A DNA stretch of 20,000 bases from Catajapyx aquilonaris (Eukaryota): contig JYFJ02001945.1 in assembly GCA_000934665.2 (NCBI GenBank), positions 56,850-76,849 of the forward strand, written 5' to 3'. Below are positions 11,047-20,000 of this stretch, piece by piece. Position 1 is the stretch's first letter, and each line of letters opens with the position of its first letter. The translations under genes were made by a program, and so were the position numbers. Under the pieces are notes generated by a model. The model was not told the origin of the DNA. It worked only from the letters and a program-made list of their open reading frames with translations, and did not search any database.

Positions 11047-13415
11047 CTTAATTGTTTCCATAGAGTCTGACTTGTCGTTTACGTTCACCATTCGCACAAC
11101 TTGCATCAAAATGTTTGTTTTGCATTTCAGCCACATTTTGTTCCCTCAGTAGCTTCCACATTTACTCCGGCACAGTTTTAGCCAGAAAATGCCTCCCAAT
11201 TTCATGCTTTTCAACTCCCGAAAAGGAAGCGCCCCCCCTTTCTTTTTTCTGAGCAGGTTGCACAGCAGCTTGAATATTCCATAAATTCCAGTAGAAGGCG
11301 GCATTATTATCATGGCAATGACTTGTGTGATTTTGGGTGTGCTACGCTCTGGGTAGAAACAGCCCCATTTTACGATCCCCAGTCAAGCCCTATTCCTTAA
11401 CAGTTATGGGCTGGTTATCACTGCGCGTCTGCGAGAATAAGGAGAAAAGTTGCTTTTGCGTTATAAAAGGGTCTGCCGAGGCTTGAAGGCACTTAAGCAA
11501 GTTGTCCTGATGGAGGCGCCGCTCTGGGCTCGTTACCATGGCGGAGGTCATCAGGAGGAGGACTGAGGGGTAGGTCATTACTTCGCAAGTCAAGTGAGCC
11601 CCCTTTTCTACCCCCCTACCTCCCTCAACAGAAGCCAGGGCCTTTTCTCTCCACCTCTTCTACATGATTCATTTTGCACTTCCAAACAGCCCCATAAGAT
11701 TCTTACTCGCTTCGAGATGAGAGACCTCCTCGACAGGGACTGATGGCAGCAGCTGGATTTTTCTCTTTTTTTCCCCCCCACCATCCTAGACACTTTTCTC
11801 TCCCACCCCACCACCATACCATGTACCCCGCTGTTTCGCTTCATAACTTTCCATGCATCGTCAAGGAGGAGAGAATAGAAAATTCATGCGCTCCTTGCCT
11901 CTTTCGCCGCCCTGAGGTAAGAAAAAAATAGGAGGACTAGAGGATGGGGGAGAAAACTACAGGGATTTTTGACCCTTCAAGTAGTCCGGTGAAGAACCCT
12001 CCTGCAATTTTATGGCAACATTTTCGGAGCACGTACATGTCCGAACACAGGGCTATACGGACTAACCCCTGAGAGATGTGTTCATGCTTGCAAGAGATAA
12101 AATATGCTCGATTCTGCGCTCAGACATATCATGTCATGGTGCTTACTCGGCAGTTTATCAGAGAGATGCACCTGTTATCCTGGGACCAGATAAGTTACTA
12201 GGGGTCAGCAATGTTGATAATGTGTGCTGAATACATCAGCAATAATGATAATAAACAAAATAAAAGACATGACATATGCTAGTAAAGATAAACAAAACGG
12301 ACAAAATAACTAGCGGTTCTTACTGCAAATATGCAAATTATGGCTTAGAATAATGCAACAGTATATGCAAAAAAATGGACCAGCTGACTGAAGCAGTGAA
12401 AATTCCATTCCAAAAATAACTCGGGCAAATTAGCATACGAGCATAATAATATTCTGCAAGTGAAGGTGAGAGGCAGAGAGACAAATAACATGTGTCACAG
12501 ATGGTTGCTGATTTGTCATTTTCACGGAGAAAGATTTAGTGGCAGTCGACCAGGCCTGGATGTTATTTTTGCGATCTGTCGCAAAAATATGTCACATGAA
12601 AATGCTTCTGCTTTCACACTGACACCACGAAAATATTCCATCAAGGCTATATAGCTAGGTGATATATGGAGTACCGTAACGCAGCGCATGACTTCAAATC
12701 AGCAGTGCATTGATGACAAAAATAATGACATAGCGTAGTTTTTGGAGGTAATGATTTTAATGCCTGTATGGTACAGTCTGATTCACATGATTCAGTCAGT
12801 GTTTGTTGTAAAGCCAAACACAAATACCGTTTTTTTTGAAAGGTTTTTGAGAGAATGCGTTTGAGTGCTTAAATGTTGAAAGTATTTCATTAATTCTCCA
12901 GCTCTTCAAAAAAAATGAGCATTCCGATTATACTGTATGCAACTAATGGCATTAGTTGCATATGCCTGATTTATATTAGACACTTCAAAGCCACACACAA
13001 AGGTTGGTATTTGGTATACACGTTTACTGCCGCATGGTAACATTTTGCCAATATTTCTCTGATGGATGTTAATTACTTCCACAGCTTGAAACGTAGCAGG
13101 AAATCAGACAATATTGTACTTTACACCAACATCACGCTCAGTACACATTTACATAGTCCAAAATTGCGCAACTGACGTATTGTAAACCTCAATCTAATTT
13201 TACGTAGACTAAATCAAAATATTATCTGAAGCGTGCACATGTCAGTTGGATCAGGATATAGAAGCTTCACATTTTCACTAAATAGCATCGATGTCTGGTT
13301 TTATCCAGAGAGTTAGGTAACCTTTGATTCTCCACAACCTCATGGGGATGCCCCTTTTCCTGGCGGAAAGTTGGACTTGACTTGTCCCTTGCCATTTCCC
13401 GTCTCATTTCCAAAG

Positions 13416-13500
13416 ATTGGATATGGCTGAGTAACGCTGGTTGGCTGCAATTACTCTAACCATTGGTTCCGGAAAGAAGCGGGGCGTGACTTGTATATAA
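13416..13500 (+). promoter_or_regulatory. Promoter-like motif cluster (inverted CCAAT x2, ETS core, GC/KLF box, TATA-like)
   Basis: ATTGG 13416-13420 and 13462-13466, CCGGAA 13469-13474, GGGGCGTGAC 13481-13490, TATATAA 13494-13500, in canonical order. Motif match only. Confidence 0.25.
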
Positions 13501-13820
13501 TTGTACTGCAAAATAGTGGTTGTAACTTCCACTGGATGTTCTAATTAAATTTTTTTTAAAGCAATGCTTTCTAAATGCGGACCAACCACAAAAAAATGCA
13601 ACCTGATCTTTCCTCTGATCATCTCAACTTGTCTCCAAGGCTTTTGAGCAACAGTCGTTTTGATTTCGAGCAGATCCTGCTAACAATCTCATTTTAGTCG
13701 GTGCGGGGAAAGTCCAGCCCCTGAAAACGCTGATAGTTGGAAATTCTCTCCATTTTGGACTCTTTTCTATCTTTTTCTCTTCCTCGAGGGCAGCCCCTTG
13801 GAAGCTGCAGCGGATTCGGA

Positions 13821-13852
13821 CCCCCACCCCCTTAAACCCCCCCCCCCCCCCC
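13821..13852 (-). other. C-run cluster (C5-A-C5-TTAAA-C16): G-quadruplex/i-motif potential
   Basis: Read directly; the long homopolymer length may be imprecise in the assembly. Confidence 0.55.
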
Positions 13853-14759
13853 TTTTCCTTTAATAAGGCTGGCGGGGAAGTCCCATTAGGCAGCTGGCTC
13901 GCAGTTGGATGCGGCTTTAACGAGGGCGCCCTCGGGGTCGGAGGCCAACTTACAATACTACCTACTTCCCCTAGCAGTAGCAGAAATCCTACCCAAGGAA
14001 TAGAAAAAAAAGATATATCTAAAGGGGGGGGGGAGAGTGTGGAGAGAAGGAAAAGCAGGGGAGGTGAAATCATAATAATGCTGTGCTGGGATCCAAATTG
14101 GGTGCCATCAAGGCCTGCAGGTGAGCTTGTTATTGTTGGTTGGAGCAACTTTCTGCTTGCGGAGGATACGACCTCTTTTTTTGTGTGTGTGTGCTTCTCG
14201 TCTTCTCGTCAGGAAAACTTTTGGACGGTGGGGATGGAGGGGGGGGGGGCTGCGCTTTTTCCGTCTGGAAGGGCTTTTTTGGGGGGGTAAAGTTGGAGGG
14301 GATTCGTGCTGGGAAATATTTGTGACGAAATATTGAGATGGAGATACTGCAGTGGAACAGGGAATGTTTGATTGGGTGAGGCACTGTGGGCATTGTTTAC
14401 TGAAGGTAAATTTGAAAACTGCACAGTTGTAGTTACTAAAGCACTGTACGCTGTGTATAAATATACGACGGCGATTTTATGTTTAACTACAATTGTCATT
14501 TCGAAACTTTGAGGCAATATTAATTTTAATTAATTTAAATATTTATTTAGCGCAATACAACAACTCTACAATGGCTGTGGATTTAAAAATTGAAGCTGTA
14601 CCAAATGTAAAACGTTGGTAAATAAGTCTTATTTTTCATACTTTTATCATTTTATTGATTTTAGATATGTCCAATAATCTCACAGCGTTAACAATTAATA
14701 TGTTCACAATTCCATCTACCTACTGTACAATGTTAATATTTTTTAAAATGCATGCACGT

Positions 14760-14781
14760 CTCCATACTGCTCCATACTGCT
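14760..14781. repeat. 10-bp tandem duplication (CTCCATACTG)2
   Basis: ctccatactg ctccatactg ct read directly. Confidence 0.85.
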
Positions 14782-16319
14782 ATGAGTGTTTTCCATCGCG
14801 TTTTCTAGGAGGAACCCACCTCATCGCAGTGTGCACATAAACTTTTTTTCTATAGAATAGCAGACGTGATGTCCGCGGAAGTCAGGACCATTCAACGAAA
14901 ATTAAGTTCCGAACACTGAAGGAGCTTCTAAGTACTCATCAAGGAGCAACAACTCTTACATTTTCGTCAACAAACTTTTTTTTTCCTTCCTCGAGTCACT
15001 AGACCCACTCTTCAATCGACTTTGGGCAGGGTCCAATTGTTCTTTTGGTCTACTACTCTTCCTTCTGCCGTTTTTCTCGCTATTTTTTTTGCAACTTGGC
15101 TCACGACCATATAGACCGTCACTTTTTTATCTGCTTCTTCCGGGTAGCTGCAACGTCTTTAATCTCTAATTACTTTTTCGTAATGAATAGCGCCTCCAAT
15201 AATTGTATTTAGATAGTTGAAAATTGTTGTTCTGCTCCAAAATGATTGATTTGAACAACATTTGGGCAGAAATTAAAGATATATACCTGCAGTGCTATTT
15301 ACGTTAAATTAGTACTAGTGCACTAATTGGTACTTGATATCCGGTCTTGTACAGTACAGTGGTATATAGAGAGGTCTTCCAATTCCGAAGGAATCAGTTT
15401 GGATGATCTCTCCCGCTGAATGGGTGATACCTTGCCGGCCTTTGCAGCTGAGAAAGATTAGTCAGAGCGAACGCTCCTGGGCATCGGATAGCGATAATTA
15501 CAGTTGCCTGCTGGAGCCAGCACAAAGGAAGCTGCTGGGGTGGCTCGTGTTGCGCTTGCTTGTCACCCATTAAGGCCTCTTTTGTTAGAGTCCACGGGGG
15601 AGGAAAGGAAGTGGGGACTAAGACAACTTAGGTCCAGGGCCCCCCACAGCATCTCTCTCTCTCCCTCCCCCTGCCCCATTCTCTCTCCTATACCCTTCCT
15701 TCCTCCTTCGGATCTCCTCGGAGCCGCCGATAACCTAATTAGGCCCAAAGGAAAAGACCTGCGTTCCTCATCAAATGCACGCTCATTTCCTCTGCTTTGA
15801 ACCCGGATGTGTCCTAACGAGATTTCGAATGGGTAATGTGAGGAGAGTTTCTAGGGATACATCTTAAAACACCATCCTGTTCCCATTCCATCTGCGAATA
15901 CATATCCCTGTAATATTCACTCCGCTAGAAATGTACAGTACAGAGTGTTTCACTATTATTATGATAGTCTTGTAGGGTGAACTTGGGCCTTGATTCCGAC
16001 ATGTAAAATATCATGGCAGGTGTGCATCTCTTCCAGCGACCCACTGCGATAGAAGTATTGTATAATTTGGGTTGCATCATGCAAGGATGGAAAGTGGCCT
16101 AATTTATATCTCCGTATAACCATAAGATGTAGACACCTGGGAGTTCATCCTGGATTCGTCTGAATCATAATGAACCTGCCCTATATATGGGCTGCGAACC
16201 GAGTAATTTCACCTTCTGCCACTCTAAGGATTCCATCTATCATGTTAAGGTATAACTCGTCTCCTTCTCTCGGAAGTGGTGTAAGGCCTGTTCTTCCCCG
16301 CAGCGGGGTTTGGATTACT

Positions 16320-16340
16320 GGGAGGGGAGGGGTGGGTGGG
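16320..16340 (+). other. Canonical G-quadruplex motif on the plus strand
   Basis: GGG a GGGG a GGGG t GGG t GGG: five G-runs with single-nt loops. Motif only. Confidence 0.7.
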
Positions 16341-16916
16341 TTAAAGGAGCTGCCTGCCACCGTATATAAGACATCTATCCTCGTTAAGGAGCAGGAAGGA
16401 ATCTGTCTGTGGTGTTGCCTCAGCCAATTTGCCACCCATACGTTGTTTGCGTTTCTGCGCTAACCTAGTCAATGGGACGTAATCACGAACTACTTTTTCA
16501 CATCGCCTCAGTAAATCTTCATCCCTGGGCAAGCAATCCTAACTCAGCAGAAGCCCGACTTGGCCGACTCCGCGATTGCAGTGTCGCTTGTTTGCTAAAC
16601 CAGTCTCGCCACCCCAATTTATATACCTTTTAAAGAAGTGAAAGGAGCATAGTATTTTTTTTCAGTAATAATTTAGTATCCTGCACAATAAAGGACAATT
16701 TCCTGGAAGAAATTGTGCATTTGAAAATGTCAACCTAGGTAATATTGCCAGAATTATTTGTCTGCAGCTGCAGAGTATTTCAAAATTGTGAAGTAAAAAT
16801 ATCTATAATTTTTAAACAGTATATTGCTTTTTGTTATCAGTACAGAGCATTGTAAATTGACGGTATTCTATGACTTACTGTCGGATTATATTGCGAAACA
16901 TTCATAACACATTTCG

Positions 16917-17040
16917 CGAATAATTTTAATGCAGTTTTTACTGGAGTAAAATATTATCATTTGCCCTCCAATTTATGTGTGCACTCGAAATGAAATTTTT
17001 GTGCGAACTTGGAGTAAAATACTATCCTCTACTCCAACTT
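16917..17040. repeat. Decayed tandem duplication, ~68-bp period, two copies
   Basis: tggagtaaaatattatc (16942-16958) vs tggagtaaaatactatc (17010-17026) match 16/17. Both are followed by ctccaa and preceded by cgaa..aatttt..tgc. Confidence 0.75.
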
Positions 17041-17393
17041 CTGAACTTGGAACGTGGACATTACACACCCTGTACAATCCTTTGTGGCTAACTTTTCCTG
17101 CGTCGTATCCGCTTATTAATAAGGGGCTAAAGGCGCGTTTCTTCCTGAAAATTCGGGTGCCTTCAGGATGTCCTGTAAAGTTTCAGGCCATGATTTTTTT
17201 TTTCTTCTTCTTCTAAAATCCTTCTAACGAACTAAGGTTCGTGGGAAGGAACAAAAGAAGAAAAAGGTTGGGTAAAAAAAAATACAGCCCCCAAGGCGTA
17301 CAAGACCGGTAAAGTCTGGCATCGTCGCACCTCGGGAGCCATCCTTAGAGAGAAGTTGTTGCAGCTTCCATCGAAGGGACCACGGGAGGGGGG

Positions 17394-17394
17394 N
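17394..17394. other. Ambiguous base / probable contig junction
   Basis: Single N directly after a G run. Confidence 0.75.
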
Positions 17395-20000
17395 ATGGCC
17401 GGCCTCGACCTCTTGTTGCTTTGTAGGGATCTAATCTGAGAGAAAGGCGAGATTCTTAGCACGACCGTGTTCGGACTACTTGCCCAACAACTTCCATTCC
17501 TGGCCGAAATTGGATCAACTCCGAGGGGTTAACTGCGCCGACTCCCAGGGGTCTCTTCTGTCACCTCTTCCTACACCCGACGATTTTCTTTTTTTCTTCC
17601 TTTCGTATTTTTCTTCTTCTTCTTTTTTTATGGGGTGGAAGTGGTGGGGGTTGGCCCTCCACTTTCGGTTTCTTTTAGAGGTGTGCAGAAAAGAAGTTCG
17701 GAAGTGCTGCAAAAGTTGCATTTTCGGAAAATGCTGCTGTCGGTTGCAATGCGATAAGTTTATTTTGGTGTAAACTTTTTTGGCAGACAATTGCACAGGC
17801 GGGAAAAGTAGCATTCGACACTTTTTTTTTTGGAAATGGCGTGACAAGAACAGAGTTTGGTCCGATTTTCTGACTGATATCACGATGACGATCATGTTTT
17901 TTTTTCTTTTTGAGTATGCCTGTTAAAATATTGTTGGGCCAAAAAAATACTGCATCTGACATGTTAGAATTATTTTGAAGTTTGAAGGCCCTTATTGCAG
18001 CAATATTTTAAGATCTGAGCTCTAATAGTTTAAGTACAATGTCATAAAATATTTGAACAACAGAAAGTACTTATTCAGGATTACATATTAGTTATTACAC
18101 AGTTGGCTAACTCAAAATGTGACTTGTATGCTTCATTATTTCCTAACAGAAACTGACATTTCAATTTATCGTAACACTCTGAAAGTGATGAACCTTCATT
18201 TTGAGACTAATGGGTGCCATTAATTTGTGGGATTGAAGGTAATACCTAACCATTCGTCATATCTTGTTGACGATAACGTGGTTGTAACTTAGGATCCCAC
18301 TTAGACCACGAACATTAGCTTTTACTCAACTGAATGATCTGTAAAATAATCATCCTGCTTTTTTTTTGATCACATGATCCAAATCATCCAATCAGATGAT
18401 TGACTTCCTCTCAGTTTAGAAACGAAAGAAGTTTCATCAGACTGCACCAGTAAGTACTTTGGACAAAGATGAAAATTAGAGCTGGGCCAGGCGGGGCGAT
18501 CATAAATTTAAAGACGGAGATAATGTCAATCATAATAACAGGATGAATATATTACCCGTGGCATTTCCATCAATAAATTAGTCTGTGTTGCGTGCATGTT
18601 GCTACAGTTCAGCAGCCTGTATGTCTTCTTAGTAGGATTGCTCCATGTCATGCACTCCACAGAGACATGACATGTGACCAGGTGTTGTGATAAACTAATC
18701 CAACCATAGTTAGGAACCGAAAAGGTTTACGAAATTCTGTGATTGTAACTTATAATACGTACGAATGATTGATTAACATAAATTTCTACTGCTCACAATA
18801 TTGCCATTACACTAATGTTAAAGTGTGTTACACTGCAGGTACTTTTGACGGAAAAAATAGTTTAAAAAAAATAATGCGCCATTTTGAATAATTAGGCGCA
18901 TACAGAGTCCTTCTTCAGTCCTCTGCCACTACACTACTGGGCGTGTGGATCGATCCATGGCCCCTACTGTAGTTTATGTAGGACAGTACCCTCTACCGCC
19001 TCTCATGACATAAACTATGTAATAAACCGAGGCAGCTTGCGCGAATTTATTCTGCTGCCTGTACTGGGAGAGGGGGCACAGGTATGGCTAATTCATGCTA
19101 TGGTGTGCGTGGGGAAAGTAATGCAACATGTTAATGTTGCAGGTTTTGCAACGCTGCATCCTGGGCTTGGTACTCTTTCCATTAAACAGTGACCAACGAA
19201 GCGATAAGTGTGCGCCTTTGCAACATCACGCTTTAAACGTTCTGCTCCGACTATTCAGTTGCTGAGAGAGGAGGAGGAAAAAAAAAATATATTGTGTATA
19301 TACTACAAGCTCCTATAGACTAGGAGCTATGGGGGGAGCCTCGGACTTGTGCAGTTTGGGCGAAGACAACCTTTAAAACATTTCCACTTAGCCGGAGCAG
19401 TAGTTTTCATTAAAACTTTCCCAAGTCAATTAATTTTGTCGAGTGGTAATATTGTTGCCAAATTACTTTTACTGCGTCGGTTGAATTTTCGGGGGGAACG
19501 GGCAGTTTTTTTTTTGTACAGGGTGCTTCAGTAGTTGTGATGACTCGCTGCACAAGGTGGGTGATTTTTGGGATTATACAACCATGAGGCTTATTTTTTG
19601 GCCACTGCTGAATCTGCTGGCTGTAAACATATTATATGTCAGGTGGTACACGGCAGAAGTACCTAGTTCAAGGTGGTACTTGAAAAGAAAGGATTATTTA
19701 CCACAGTAACCGGGTTAAAGAGAAGAAGCCCACTGATGGTGGCCAAATTATTTTGTTGCCAAAAAATGGGATCGACCGGACACCACAGAATTTTCAAACT
19801 TCAACCCCTGCCAAAATTACGATATTTTTTCAATTTCATTTCATGACAATTACACAAATGAGGTCTTCAGTTGTTAAGTAGTACACGTTATTTTTTTGGT
19901 TAGCGCCCAAAATGCTCCAAACGCAAGGAATTACTGTGACACGTTGGGGTGATGCAGTGTTTTCCCTCCAGCTGCTGCCCTTATACAGCTGACACGTTTA

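Noticed and set aside
16942..17040. CRISPR-like repeat-spacer-repeat appearance (~32-bp palindromic repeat, ~35-bp spacer)
   Set aside because: Only two diverged copies, the apparent spacer itself resembles the sequence before copy 1, there are no cas genes, and the context is eukaryotic.
7601..17247. Single Su(H)/CSL-type sites (TGTGAGAA 7601-7608, CGTGGGAA 17240-17247)
   Set aside because: Isolated 8-mers, neither paired nor clustered; chance level.
6437..17734. Isolated short palindromes and hairpins (e.g. 6437-6459, 15225-15260, 16761-16774, 17718-17734)
   Set aside because: Several 7-8-bp inverted repeats with short spacers are expected by chance in 20 kb; they are not terminators in this context.
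18960..19083. H/ACA snoRNA-like two-hairpin layout
   Set aside because: No ANANNA H box in the hinge, and the stems lack typical pseudouridylation pockets.
189..19534. All ORFs in the supplied six-frame track, including the longest (13624-14148, 174 aa, minus strand)
   Set aside because: They are short, overlap on both strands, often start at non-ATG codons, and are dominated by low-complexity translations of microsatellites and homopolymers (SLSL, RERE, FFFF, GGGG, PPPP). No recognisable domain.

Overview
The window reads as non-coding eukaryotic DNA, either intergenic or a large intron, most likely from an arthropod. The clues are an interstitial (CCTAA/TTAGG)-type pentamer array, long GA/CT microsatellites, many homopolymer runs, and no operon structure. 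None of the listed ORFs resembles a protein family I recognise; many simply translate microsatellites or homopolymer runs. I see no rRNA, tRNA, CRISPR array or transposase. Well-supported structure: (i) an identical 75-bp unit plus GA tail present twice around an assembly N (5013-5424); (ii) a graded pentamer array ending in the arthropod telomeric motif (9351-9436); (iii) a ~170-bp decayed fold-back/MITE-like element with a palindromic 14-bp insertion in one arm (10877-11046); (iv) a decayed ~68-bp tandem duplication (16917-17040); (v) several canonical G-quadruplex motifs. Weaker, speculative signals: short splice-site-bounded segments (one reads like the start of an Ig I-set domain), a possible TATA-driven spliced small ORF, a CCAAT/ETS/GC/TATA motif cluster, and a cluster of short hairpins. 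I cannot support a claim of a novel biological system from the sequence alone.
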